64,000 nt of DNA. Origin: Candidatus Woesearchaeota archaeon (lineage in GTDB: Archaea; Nanobdellota; Nanobdellia; Woesearchaeales; SKIA01). Location of the stretch: contig JBJKRI010000006.1 of assembly GCA_046704725.1 (NCBI GenBank), positions 1 through 64,000 of the forward strand, written 5' to 3'. The translations under genes were made by a program, and so were the position numbers. The notes under the pieces are model-generated. The model was not told the origin of the DNA. It saw only the letters and a list, made by a program, of their open reading frames with translations, and ran no database searches. This document shows, in pieces, positions 38,764 to 48,397 of the stretch. The stretch's first letter is position 1. Every line of letters begins with the position of its first letter.

Positions 38764-40992
38764 TTATCGCAAGCGGAGGCTGTTAAGGACAACAGACAGC
38801 GACGAGAAGGCCATCGCCGCCGCGGCGACGCCGGGCGAGAGCAAGAGACCGATCGACGGGTACAGGACTCCCGCGGCGAGCGGGATGGCGATGATATTGT
38901 ATCCGAAGGCCCAGCCGAGGTTCTGCTTGACGATCATCATGGTGCGCCTGGCGTGCGACAATGCTGACGGGACGTCGCGGATGTCGTCGCGCACCAATAC
39001 AACTTCGCCCGCCTCCCGCGCGGCGTCCGTGCCGCCGCCAAGAGCGATGCCGACGTCGGCCTGCGCCAGGGCGGGAGCGTCGTTGACGCCGTCACCCACC
39101 ATGGCGACCGCGCGGCGCTTCTGCAGCTTGCGTAGCTCGTCGAGCTTGTCTTTTGGCGAGAGCTTCGCGCGTACGACCGAGACGCCGAGGGTCTTGGCGA
39201 CCGCGGCGGCGGTCTGCTCGTTGTCGCCCGTGAGCATGACCGTCTGGATGCGTGCGGAAGACAATGCCTTGATGCCATCCTTGGCGGACGGCTTGACGGG
39301 GTCTGCGACGCCGATGAGCGCCGCGAGGCTTCCGTCGACAGCGACGACGACAGGCGTGTATCCCTTGTCAGTGAGCGCGGGGATGCGCTCGCGCAGGTCG
39401 TAGATGCCCACGCCTTCCTCTTTGATGAAGTCGAGCGAGCCCACAAGCACCTTGCGGCCCTGGACCTTGCCACGCACGCCTTTTCCTTCGACGTTCGTGA
39501 AGTCGCGCGGATCGCCATAGCCGATATTCTTAAGCTCGGCGTACTGCACGATGGCCTGTGCGAGCGGATGCTCCGAACCGCTCTCCAGGGACGCGGCGTA
39601 GCGGAAGACCGCGGCCTCGCCGAGCTGGTGATACGTGCGGACAAAGACCACTGACGGCTCTCCCTTGGTGAGGGTGCCAGTCTTGTCGAAGGCGACCATG
39701 CGCACGTCCGCCGCCTTCTGGATGGCGACGGCGTTGCGGAAGAGGACGCCCTTCTTCGCGGCGGAACCGGTGGAGACCATGATGGCGACGGGCGTCGCCA
39801 GGCCGAGGGCGCACGGACAGCTGATGACCAGTACGCTCACACCAAGCATGACGGCAAAAGAGAGCGGGACGTTGAAGGCCAGCAGCCAGAGCAGGAAGGT
39901 GAGGACCGCAAGACCGATCACGGCGGGAACAAATACCGCCGCGACCCGGTCGGCGAGCCGCTGGACGGGCGCCTTGCTGCGCTGCGCCTCCTCGACGAGC
40001 CGCACGATGCGGGACGCCGCGGTGTCAGAGCCGACGTTCGTGGCCCGCATCAAGAACATGCCAGTCTTGTTGAGCGTTCCCGCGAAGACCTCCTCATGGA
40101 TGGTGCGCTTGACCGGAACGGACTCGCCGGTGAGCATGCTCTCGTTGATACGCGTTGAGCCGACGGTGATGATGCCGTCGACGGGAATCCGGTCGCCCGG
40201 CTTGACCTTGAGGATGTCTCCCTCCTTGATGTCGCTGACGAGCACCTCGGTCTCCTTCTTACCGTCCATGCGGCGGGCTTTTTCCGGAGCGAGATGCAAG
40301 AGCGCGTCGAGCTGTCCCTTGGTCGTGCCGCGCGCCTTGGCCTCAAGATACCGTCCGACGAGGATGAAGGCGATGATGAGCGCCGTGCTGTCGAAATACC
40401 ACGCGCCGCCGGTCAAAAGACCATAGACGCTGTACAGGAAGCTGACCGCGGATCCCAAGGCGATGAGCGTGTCCATGTTCGCGCTCTTCATGCGCAGCGC
40501 ACCAAGGACTCCCTGACGGTAGATGTCGCGCCCCGCCCAGATCGCCGTGGCGGCGAGCACGAGCTCGACGATACCAATAGCGAGGACGTGCGGAACGGGA
40601 ACACCGAACAATGGCAGCAACGAGAGGATAAGGAGCGGCAGGGCAGCGCCGGCGGCGAGCCACATGGCACTCTCGGCTCCGGCATGCTCGTGCATGTGGT
40701 CGTGCCCTTGCATCTTGCCAGGATCGTGATGCTTCATATCCGCATGGTCAACATGATCGTGCGCCCCTTTGGGCTTCGTCGGATCGTGGATGCTCGCGGA
40801 GTAGCCGGTCTTGGCGACCAGGGCGACAAGGTCTTCCTCGGACACTCGCGGGGTGTGCGAGACCTCCGCTGTGGCGCTCGCGTAATGGACGGTCGCGGAA
40901 TGGATGCCGGCTTGTTTTTCCAAGAAGCCCTGCACGGTGTTCGCGCACGAGGCGCAGTGCATCCCATGGATGTCGAGGAGCGTCTTAGGCAT
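38764..40992 (-). CDS. copA: Cu(I)-translocating P1B-type ATPase
   Basis: GMHCASC HMA domain, His-rich linker, TGES, CPCAL, DKTGT, SEHP, GDGVND, YN, MAFSS. Confidence 0.95.
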   Translation of the reverse strand: MPKTLLDIHGMHCASCANTVQGFLEKQAGIHSATVHYASATAEVSHTPRVSEEDLVALVAKTGYSASIHDPTKPKGAHDHVDHADMKHHDPGKMQGHDHMHEHAGAESAMWLAAGAALPLLILSLLPLFGVPVPHVLAIGIVELVLAATAIWAGRDIYRQGVLGALRMKSANMDTLIALGSAVSFLYSVYGLLTGGAWYFDSTALIIAFILVGRYLEAKARGTTKGQLDALLHLAPEKARRMDGKKETEVLVSDIKEGDILKVKPGDRIPVDGIITVGSTRINESMLTGESVPVKRTIHEEVFAGTLNKTGMFLMRATNVGSDTAASRIVRLVEEAQRSKAPVQRLADRVAAVFVPAVIGLAVLTFLLWLLAFNVPLSFAVMLGVSVLVISCPCALGLATPVAIMVSTGSAAKKGVLFRNAVAIQKAADVRMVAFDKTGTLTKGEPSVVFVRTYHQLGEAAVFRYAASLESGSEHPLAQAIVQYAELKNIGYGDPRDFTNVEGKGVRGKVQGRKVLVGSLDFIKEEGVGIYDLRERIPALTDKGYTPVVVAVDGSLAALIGVADPVKPSAKDGIKALSSARIQTVMLTGDNEQTAAAVAKTLGVSVVRAKLSPKDKLDELRKLQKRRAVAMVGDGVNDAPALAQADVGIALGGGTDAAREAGEVVLVRDDIRDVPSALSHARRTMMIVKQNLGWAFGYNIIAIPLAAGVLYPSIGLLLSPGVAAAAMAFSSLSVVLNSLRLR

Positions 40993-41293
40993 TGGCGGCC
41001 TCCAGGTCGAGGATGCTCCACAACGGCTCGACCCGCGCCTCATCGAGAGCGTAGATGCGGTACTGCCCGTCCTTATGGGACCGGACGATGCCGTGGCTCT
41101 CGAGCTGCTTGAGCGCGTGGCTGAGCGCGGACTGCTCGATACCGATCTCCTCTGCGAGCGCGGTCACGTTCTTGGGCCCGCGGCGCAGCGCCAGGACCAC
41201 GGACAAACGATTGGTGTTCCCGAGCGCGCTGAAAAAACCCGCGTGACGCTCACACGCGCAGTGCTCGCACGTGCATCCATCATGATGAGACAT
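40985..41293 (-). CDS. ArsR/SmtB-family regulator with Cys/His-rich N-terminus
   Basis: FSALGNTNRL, QSALSHALKQL, GQYRIY; HHDGCTCEHCAC. Confidence 0.9.
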   Translation of the reverse strand: MSHHDGCTCEHCACERHAGFFSALGNTNRLSVVLALRRGPKNVTALAEEIGIEQSALSHALKQLESHGIVRSHKDGQYRIYALDEARVEPLWSILDLEAANA

Positions 41294-41337
41294 ATGAAAA
41301 AAAATTCATATACAGTTTATATTGTTTACTGTCCCCA

Positions 41338-41709
41338 TCAAGACACATCCTTCACCGCGAGATACGCGTTGCTGCCTCCCGACAGCGTGTAGACCTGTGT
41401 GTATCCATCGAGCAGCAGGCGCTGCGCAGCATCCTCGCTCATCGCGCCGCCCTTACAGTACAAGACGACGGGCGCGTCCTTGTCGGGGGCCGCTGCCTCG
41501 ATGGCGGCGATATCCGTGAACGCGATGTCATCGTCCGTGCCCGGAAGATCCTGCATGCGCGGGACGTGCACGTTGATGACCGTCGCGTCAGGCTGCGCGG
41601 CGAGCGCGTCGAACCGGTCGGGCCCGATGCGCGTCGCCTGCGAGGAAGCCACCGCGCTGCAGCCAGCCATCACGACGAGGAGCGCGAGCGCGAACCGGAC
41701 GCTCAGCAA
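41338..41709 (-). CDS. Rhodanese-like domain lipoprotein
   Basis: VVLYCKGGAMS, GY..VYTLSGG; signal ending MAGC; TTG start inferred. Confidence 0.8.
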   Translation of the reverse strand: MLSVRFALALLVVMAGCSAVASSQATRIGPDRFDALAAQPDATVINVHVPRMQDLPGTDDDIAFTDIAAIEAAAPDKDAPVVLYCKGGAMSEDAAQRLLLDGYTQVYTLSGGSNAYLAVKDVS

Positions 41710-41912
41710 CTCCCCACCTGCTGGGGCAGTGCAGCGAGCGGTGTTGCGCCCGACTGGATGCCGCCCGGAGCCGCTTGCGGTGCGTCCGGCGATGCGGACG
41801 TCGTGTGCACGTTGAAGCTTGTCGTCGCGAGCTCGTATGCCTGCACGCCGCTGAAGACGATCAGCACCGCCAGCACGCCGAGCACGATGTATTCGATATG
41901 TTTGCGTTTCAT
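41703..41912 (-). CDS. Small membrane-anchored protein ending ALPQQVGSC
   Basis: N-terminal TM, low-complexity linker; TGATG coupling to the upstream gene. Confidence 0.8.
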   Translation of the reverse strand: MKRKHIEYIVLGVLAVLIVFSGVQAYELATTSFNVHTTSASPDAPQAAPGGIQSGATPLAALPQQVGSC

Positions 41913-42604
41913 CAGCAATCACCCACCTGTTGCGGAAGCGCCGTCGCAGCGCCGTCGCCGCCCGCGATTTGAGTGCCGAGCGAAATCATCTCCTGCGGGA
42001 AGAACAACGTCTTCCAGCGATAGACCTCTTGGAGCACCTGGGCGTCGGAGTAGTTCGTGTTGTGTATCAGCCACAGAGCGACGGACTGGAGCGCGGGCGC
42101 GTGCTGGCAGCCGCACATGTCCTGCCCTGTCGGCGTGATCTCGTAGGCGCCGATCCCGCAGCAGAACTCGCAGCTGATGCCCTTGGGCTGCGACGCGAGC
42201 CGCAGCCAACGGGCGTATCCTTGCGGGTCCTCCGTCTTGACCTCTTCTTTGAGCGCGGGATACGCGTTCGCGAGCTTGACCAAAGAGCCCTCGGGATCGT
42301 CGAAGGAGACGCCCATCGCCGCGGCGTAGTCGGGCGTGCCATGGGGCAGCATCGCCTGTTGCACCTCGGCGGGCGTCTTCCCTTGGAGAGCGAAGACCGC
42401 GTCTATGCCTTGCGCGGTGCTCTGGATGGAAGCGACGTCGACGCCGGCGAGAACGCTGGCGCCCGATGTCGGGTGGAGCCCCGGCAAGCCGATGCCCCGT
42501 TCGCTGAGCAGTACCTGGTTGAACACGAGGAACACCGCGAGGACCGCGGCGGCCCCGATGATCCATGGGACGAGCCAGGGCCCGTCCGTTTCTTTGTGAG
42601 CCAT
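41912..42604 (-). CDS. Membrane-anchored Cys-rich protein ending ALPQQVGDC
   Basis: N-terminal TM; CEFCCG and CGCQH. Confidence 0.82.
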   Translation of the reverse strand: MAHKETDGPWLVPWIIGAAAVLAVFLVFNQVLLSERGIGLPGLHPTSGASVLAGVDVASIQSTAQGIDAVFALQGKTPAEVQQAMLPHGTPDYAAAMGVSFDDPEGSLVKLANAYPALKEEVKTEDPQGYARWLRLASQPKGISCEFCCGIGAYEITPTGQDMCGCQHAPALQSVALWLIHNTNYSDAQVLQEVYRWKTLFFPQEMISLGTQIAGGDGAATALPQQVGDC

Positions 42605-42737
42605 GCCCATGGTTTCGTCGGGCCGGACGTTAGTTGTTGGGGCCGAAACAGCAATCCAAAGGGAGCGATAAAAGGTCTATTCCGACTAAAAATAGTTTAT
42701 TACCGTTCAGAATGAGGATATAATCATGTATAGAAAC

Positions 42738-43247
42738 TCACTTCTCGGGCGATTCTTTCGGCGCGCGCACGAAGACCTTCTTGGTGCTTCCCTTCGTCTC
42801 GCGGCTGATGAGCTCGCGCCGCTCGAGCTCGGACAATACCTGGGAGAGCTTGCTCTTGGAGAGGTCGGCACGGTACTTGAGCGTGGCCTGCGTGATGCCC
42901 TCCTCGTCGCGCACGATGCGCATGACCTTCGCCTCGTCAGCGTCGAGGGAACGCAGCATGACTGCGAACGCGTCGTCGCCGCGGAGCTTGTCGCCGTAGG
43001 TGGATACCTGGAGGAAGAACATCGTGTATATCCCCGTGGCGAGCACGAGCACCGACGGGATGAGCAACGCGATGAGCCAGTCGGTCGCGTCCTGATGGAT
43101 GCAACCCTCCGAAGTGATGCACTTGCCGCCGAGCGCGACGATCTGGTCGGCGAGGCTCGTGGAATACAGATACGAGAAATACGAGATGAGGCCGAGCGCG
43201 AGAGCGAGCACGACCAGCGCTCCACCCACCATCCGTTCGCGACGCAT
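42738..43247 (-). CDS. 2-TM protein with Cys pair and C-terminal wHTH (paralogue of 37566-38063)
   Basis: KCITSEGCIH loop; GITQATLKYRADLSKSKLSQVL.ELERRELI. Confidence 0.82.
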   Translation of the reverse strand: MRRERMVGGALVVLALALGLISYFSYLYSTSLADQIVALGGKCITSEGCIHQDATDWLIALLIPSVLVLATGIYTMFFLQVSTYGDKLRGDDAFAVMLRSLDADEAKVMRIVRDEEGITQATLKYRADLSKSKLSQVLSELERRELISRETKGSTKKVFVRAPKESPEK

Positions 43248-43283
43248 GGACGGGGCGACACGTTCAACGATATAAAGGATTCG

Positions 43284-44273
43284 TCAGACGGGGTTGCACG
43301 TGTTGCCCGCCGAGAAGCCCTGCACGTTCTCGATGGTCGTGTCGAGGATGCGCTGCAACGCCTCCTTGCTGTTGAAGGCGTTGTGGGGAGTGACGATAAC
43401 GTTGGGGAGATGTATGAGGATGTGTTCGGTGAGCATGCGGTGCAGGTCCACCTCGTTGCGGAACTCGGGAGAGAGAATCTGGCGCTCCTCCTTGATGTGC
43501 GACTCCTCCTCGAGCACGTCGAGGCCAGCGGCGAAGATGCGCCCGTCGGTCAATGCGGCGAACAGGGCGTCGCTGTCGACGAGTTTCCCGCGAGCGGTGT
43601 TGAGGAGGATGGCTCCATGCTTGATGCGCGAGAGATTGTCCGCGTTGAGCAAGTGGTGGGTGTGCTCGTTGTACGGGCAGTGCAAGGTGATGATATCGCT
43701 GTTCCCCAGCAAGTCGTCCAGACCGGTGTAGGTGAAGCCGAGCCTGTCTGAAAGACCGTCCTTGGGGAACGGGTCGTAGGCGAGAACAGGCATCTCGAAG
43801 CCGCGCGCGATGCGGATGACGTGCTGGCCGATGTGCCCGGTGCCGATGACGCCGAGCGTGCGTCCTTTCAGGTCGAAGCCCTGCAAGCCCTCACCGTCGA
43901 AGCTGCCCGCGCGCACGCGTGCGACAGAGGGAAAGACGCGGCGGCTGATGGTGAGCAGGAGCGCGAAAGTGTGCTCGGCCACAGTGTTCTCGCCATACGT
44001 CGGGACGTTGCACACCGTGATGTTCCGCTCCTTGCACGCGTCCAGATCGATGTGGTCGACGCCCGTGCTGCGCGTGCCGACGTAGCGCAGCTTGGGCATC
44101 TTGTCGAGGACCGCGCGCGAGACGGACGAGTAGATGAAGACGAGGATGCCCTCGGCGTCGGCCGGAGCGTTCTCCTCATCGAGGGGGCCGTCGATGAAGA
44201 CGAGGTCCTCCTGCAGGCGCTCGCGCAGATAGTCCTTCTCCCACTCCTCGCACTCGAAGACCACGATACGCAT
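43284..44273 (-). CDS. D-isomer 2-hydroxyacid dehydrogenase (D-lactate dehydrogenase-like)
   Basis: RSTGVDH, GVIGTGHIG, LHCP, NTARG, TPHNAF. Confidence 0.93.
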   Translation of the reverse strand: MRIVVFECEEWEKDYLRERLQEDLVFIDGPLDEENAPADAEGILVFIYSSVSRAVLDKMPKLRYVGTRSTGVDHIDLDACKERNITVCNVPTYGENTVAEHTFALLLTISRRVFPSVARVRAGSFDGEGLQGFDLKGRTLGVIGTGHIGQHVIRIARGFEMPVLAYDPFPKDGLSDRLGFTYTGLDDLLGNSDIITLHCPYNEHTHHLLNADNLSRIKHGAILLNTARGKLVDSDALFAALTDGRIFAAGLDVLEEESHIKEERQILSPEFRNEVDLHRMLTEHILIHLPNVIVTPHNAFNSKEALQRILDTTIENVQGFSAGNTCNPV

Positions 44274-44380
44274 ACGCTAATCCGCGGCGTGCGCATTCTT
44301 ATACGTTTCCTCTATGGACTGTATCGCTTCTAGGCAATGGTGAACGATAGGCTTATGAACGGTCCGCGATTGCCCCGCGC

Positions 44381-44824
44381 ATGCGAAATACGCTCATCCT
44401 TATCGCCGCGCTGCTCGTGCTCGCGGCGTGCACCGCGCAAGCGCCAACGCAGCAGACGGGAATCAAGCCGGGAGCGCAGCAGCTGCCTGGGGCGGCACCG
44501 GCGACCACTGACGCGTCGAGCGCATCAGGCACGCCGTACCCGAATGGGACGGTCATCAACATCACCGCCTTCCGCTACAGCTACGACCCGGACACGATCA
44601 CGCTCAAGGGCGGGGATACCTACACGTTCCGCATGACCAGCAAGGACACGCACCACGGCCTGGCCGTGCCGCAGCTCGGCATACAGGTCTCTCCCATCGA
44701 GCCGGGACAGTGGATCACCAAGACCTTCACGATACCGAACAATCCAGGGACCTATACGGGCTTCTGCGACGTGTTCTGCGGGCCAGGACACCGCAGCATG
44801 AAGATGACGGTCGTCGTGGCGTGA
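44381..44824 (+). CDS. Lipoprotein with CuA-type cupredoxin domain
   Basis: LVLAAC lipobox; DTHHG...FCDVFCGPGHRSM. Confidence 0.88.
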   Translation: MRNTLILIAALLVLAACTAQAPTQQTGIKPGAQQLPGAAPATTDASSASGTPYPNGTVINITAFRYSYDPDTITLKGGDTYTFRMTSKDTHHGLAVPQLGIQVSPIEPGQWITKTFTIPNNPGTYTGFCDVFCGPGHRSMKMTVVVA

Positions 44825-44929
44825 GCTATTCTGCGAGAGCGAAATCGTTAAATACACCACGCCGGAGAGCGACCACTATGCAGTGGGAGGGGGCTCAAAG
44901 AGTCTCGCAGAAACACGGATTCTGTACTG

Positions 44930-46309
44930 ATGCTGCTGGAGTGGACGGGGTTGGTGGAAAAGACAGAGAAGCTAGTACGCATCATTGAGCACAACGGTAT
45001 CGACGAAGAGTTCCAGCCACGAGCGGAACTGAGCATGCAGCGGCTCGTGACCAGGAAGAGACTGGACTATCCCGACGCGAAGCTCACGAAACGGATATTC
45101 ATGCAATCAGTGCAGGGCCATGCGCAAGCAGGCCACAGCGGATTCTTCAGCAAGCTCCCCGACGAAGACGTGCCCATCAACGAGCACCACGTGTACCCGG
45201 ACGCGACGATGTGGGACGTCGTCGAGGCGCTCGGCGACACTGCAGAGACGCTCGCATTCACGGACGATGTCATCAGCGGATGGCAAGACTATTTCCTCGA
45301 ACTCGTGGACGTCCTGCACGCGCACAGGGACATCCTCAGAGACCATAGGCGCAACGGACGGCTCATCGCGCCGGCGCACCCATTACAAGCGAAGTACTTC
45401 GGCGCCAAGCCAGGGGACATGGTACTGACCGCGGCGCAGGTGCAAGAATACCTCGGTGGCGTGTATCTGGGAAGCGTCATGGACAGCCACGAATGGCGGC
45501 AACGAGCTGAGGAACGCTATGACTCCCTGGAGAGAATGCACAAGGGAGCAACGCTCGCGATCGACACCAAGAAGCTGCAAGCAAAAGGGATCACTATACA
45601 GGATCTGAGCCGAGGCGCGTACCGAAAGCCGCTCGGACTCGCAGAAGACGCTTCCGCAGAACAAATCCTCTCTCGGCTCTTCCGCCTCGGGATCGCGAAG
45701 AAAGGCGACCGGCACAAGACGACGTCCACGGTGCAGAACCTGTACGTCGAATTGAGCCGGGGATGCGGGACGAGCGATGACACATCGATCATCACCAGCG
45801 GGCTGATGCTGACCATGCCCGCCTCTCTCGGAGTCGAGGCTTCCGACCAGATCGACACCCTCGACAAGTTCAGCCTCTACATCGTCAACGGAGGAACGGA
45901 CGAGGATATCGGCTCGCAAGTACGGCACTTCTATGAGTACCGCATGCAACAGCCGTTCCCCCTGGAGGATGAAGCAGCGCTCGCCCTCATCCGTATCGCG
46001 GCGAAGGAATCCGACTACGCATTCAAGGTCTCGAGCTCCCAGCGATACCTGCACGCGATCGACGGGGACGGGAAGAGCGCGTTGTCGCGCCACTTGAGCT
46101 TCGTGCGGACCCTGCGAGAGTGCAAGCCCCACGACCTGGGTGGACGAATCGGGTTCTTCCGCGTGGACGGAGAGGACTTCTACGATGACGTGCGACACTC
46201 GCTGGAGGTCGCGCTCCAAGAGCGCGTGCTCCAGGACCCGAACGGCATCCTCAACGGGAAGCGCCAGCCGGTCGGCCAGTACGAGCCCGCGCTGCGTCTC
46301 GTGAGCTAA
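44930..46309 (+). CDS. Hypothetical 459-aa soluble protein
   Basis: Long ORF with host-like codon usage; family not recognised. Confidence 0.75.
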   Translation: MLLEWTGLVEKTEKLVRIIEHNGIDEEFQPRAELSMQRLVTRKRLDYPDAKLTKRIFMQSVQGHAQAGHSGFFSKLPDEDVPINEHHVYPDATMWDVVEALGDTAETLAFTDDVISGWQDYFLELVDVLHAHRDILRDHRRNGRLIAPAHPLQAKYFGAKPGDMVLTAAQVQEYLGGVYLGSVMDSHEWRQRAEERYDSLERMHKGATLAIDTKKLQAKGITIQDLSRGAYRKPLGLAEDASAEQILSRLFRLGIAKKGDRHKTTSTVQNLYVELSRGCGTSDDTSIITSGLMLTMPASLGVEASDQIDTLDKFSLYIVNGGTDEDIGSQVRHFYEYRMQQPFPLEDEAALALIRIAAKESDYAFKVSSSQRYLHAIDGDGKSALSRHLSFVRTLRECKPHDLGGRIGFFRVDGEDFYDDVRHSLEVALQERVLQDPNGILNGKRQPVGQYEPALRLVS

Positions 46310-46345
46310 AGCTTTTTAAAGCGAATAGGGTTCACACGACCTCTT

Positions 46346-46419
46346 GGGCTCATAACTCAGCCTGGTAGAGTGACCGGCTCTTAACCGGTATGTCGGGGGT
46401 TCGAATCCCTCTGGGCCCA
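46346..46419 (+). tRNA. tRNA-Lys(CUU), no intron
   Basis: GGGCTCA acceptor; ACCGG-CTCTTAA-CCGGT; GGTTCGAATCC. Confidence 0.95.
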
Positions 46420-46523
46420 TTCTCTCTCACAATTTCAATGGCCTGAAGCTTGCTGGCATGATGTAGCGTTCACTGGACATTCGCGGCAGTCACCATTATA
46501 AGCCAGAATAGCTAGCCAAAGCC

Positions 46524-46652
46524 ATGGCTAATTTCCTGGCCCGTAAGAAGAAGACGAAGACAAAGCGTCCTGTGTCATTCAAGACAAAGAAAGGCACCGT
46601 CAGCTTCAGGGCACGAAGAAAACCCAAGCGACGCGTCAGGGTGAAGTTCTAG
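46524..46652 (+). CDS. 42-aa highly basic small protein (below the ORF-track cutoff)
   Basis: MANFLARKKKTKTKRPVSFKTKKGTVSFRARRKPKRRVRVKF; ATTATAAG about 22 nt upstream. Confidence 0.65.
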   Translation: MANFLARKKKTKTKRPVSFKTKKGTVSFRARRKPKRRVRVKF

Positions 46653-46693
46653 GAGAATCTACCTCCTGGTGCTTGTCCTCCTTAGACTGCTTG

Positions 46694-47176
46694 CTACAAC
46701 TGCCAGAGGCTCCTCTCTGATTCTACCGGCTCTTCTTCAGTCGCAGTGATCTCAATGACGTCTACTCGCGGGCCTTGGCCTCCGATTGGACTGCCTGCAT
46801 AATTGATATCTTGAATTGCCTCCTCAAGATCCTCTCGTGCATCGGAGTTAGTATTCCCAACAAGAACCACCAGTATGACATCATAGTCCTTCATGTATCG
46901 ACGAATCTGACCTGTGAGGCGGTCAATTTGTGCTTTGGACTTGAGATCCTTCTTGAGCTCAATCCCAACGACCCTGTTTACAGCAATATCGCACAACCCC
47001 CTCCCAGATTCCTTTTTCACGACAATCTTATCTTGTGGGCCAAACATCGATTGTTGATTAAGCGCTTTACGAAGAAAATCCGTAAGGGAATCACGATATT
47101 GCAGCTCTTTACTTAGCTCGCCTGGATTCCACTGCCTTACAGCCTGCAATACATCGTCAATGATTGATCCAAACAC
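46694..47176 (-). CDS. PD-(D/E)XK nuclease-like protein
   Basis: E...RGLCDIAV...GIELK...GQIRRY (D, ExK, QxxxY); AT-rich. Confidence 0.75.
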   Translation of the reverse strand: MFGSIIDDVLQAVRQWNPGELSKELQYRDSLTDFLRKALNQQSMFGPQDKIVVKKESGRGLCDIAVNRVVGIELKKDLKSKAQIDRLTGQIRRYMKDYDVILVVLVGNTNSDAREDLEEAIQDINYAGSPIGGQGPRVDVIEITATEEEPVESERSLWQL

Positions 47177-47292
47177 CGTACGTTGTCAGAAGAGCAGCTT
47201 TAATTCTTTTGCGATTGAACGCCAAGCCGCAAAATTAGCTCTGTCCACGGGCGAATCGTAGCGCTTATAAGGCAGGGCTCGGTGGCCCCGAT

Positions 47293-48375
47293 ATGGCAGA
47301 ACCGGTGAGCGCCCAGGCAGTCATGCAGATCGCGCACTGGCTGCCTTGGGTCTTGTCGCTCAATCCCTGGTTGTTCTTCGCGCTCATGCTCGTCGCGGCC
47401 GCCGTCGCGGCGCAAGCAGTCGTCCTGCTGCTGCGGCTTCTGACGAAACTGGTGACCGCGCGCACGAAGACCAACATCGACGACATCATCATCCGCAACG
47501 TGCACCAGCCCGTCGCGTGGGTCATCTTCAGCGCATTGCTGTACGTGGCCGTCGCGCCGTTGCCGTTGGCGAACGGCCTTGCCGTGTTCGTGAACGAAGT
47601 ACTGCTCACGGCAAACATCCTTGCGCTCGGCTTTCTCGCGCACCGCGTGGTGCGCGCCGTCTTCACCATCTGGCGACAGGAGTTCGCCACACGCACAGAG
47701 ACGACGCTCGACGACACCATGCTACCCATATTGAGCAAGTTCAGCATCGTGACGGTCTGGGCCGTAGCGGCGATCATCGCCCTAGGAGCGTGGGGCGTGC
47801 AGATAGGACCGTTCCTCGCGGGCCTGGGCATCGCGGGACTCGCCGTGGGACTGGCGTTGCAAGGGACGCTGTCCAACATCTTCGGCGGGGTGTCATTGGC
47901 GTTCGACCACGCCTACAAGGTGGGCGACAAGGTCAAGCTCGCCGACGGGACGGTCGGCGTGGTGCACGATATCTCGCTTCGCAGCACGCAGGTGCGCACG
48001 TACGACGGCGACCTGGTCATGGTGCCGAACGGCAAGATCGCAGCCGACAACATCTACACCTACGCGCAGCCCGCAAAGCAGAGCCGCGGTTCTGTGGAGT
48101 TCGGCGTGGTGTACGGCGCGGACGTGGAGAAGGTCAAGAAGCTGGTCCTGAAGACGCTCAAGGGGATCGAGAAGGTCTTGGACGATCCCGAGCCGGCCGT
48201 GTGGTTCATCGACATGGGCGCGTACGCATTGAACATGCGCGCGTACTTCTGGCTCGCCGACTACAACGACGTGTGGGTGACCGAGCGCGAAGCGACCGGA
48301 CGCATCTACGAAGCGCTCAACAAGGCGGGCATCGGCATCCCGTTCCCGACCCAGACCGTGCACGTCAAGAAATGA
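47293..48375 (+). CDS. mscS: MscS-family mechanosensitive channel
   Basis: [39 protein letters not shown]. Confidence 0.93.
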   Translation: MAEPVSAQAVMQIAHWLPWVLSLNPWLFFALMLVAAAVAAQAVVLLLRLLTKLVTARTKTNIDDIIIRNVHQPVAWVIFSALLYVAVAPLPLANGLAVFVNEVLLTANILALGFLAHRVVRAVFTIWRQEFATRTETTLDDTMLPILSKFSIVTVWAVAAIIALGAWGVQIGPFLAGLGIAGLAVGLALQGTLSNIFGGVSLAFDHAYKVGDKVKLADGTVGVVHDISLRSTQVRTYDGDLVMVPNGKIAADNIYTYAQPAKQSRGSVEFGVVYGADVEKVKKLVLKTLKGIEKVLDDPEPAVWFIDMGAYALNMRAYFWLADYNDVWVTEREATGRIYEALNKAGIGIPFPTQTVHVKK

Positions 48376-48397
48376 ACGAGAGTTCGGAGGAGAGAAA

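Noticed and set aside
41703-41914. Cys-TGA ends as selenocysteine (thioredoxin-reductase-like C-U)
   Set aside because: TGA is a common stop here, both TGAs overlap the next gene's start region, and no SECIS-like element was recognised.
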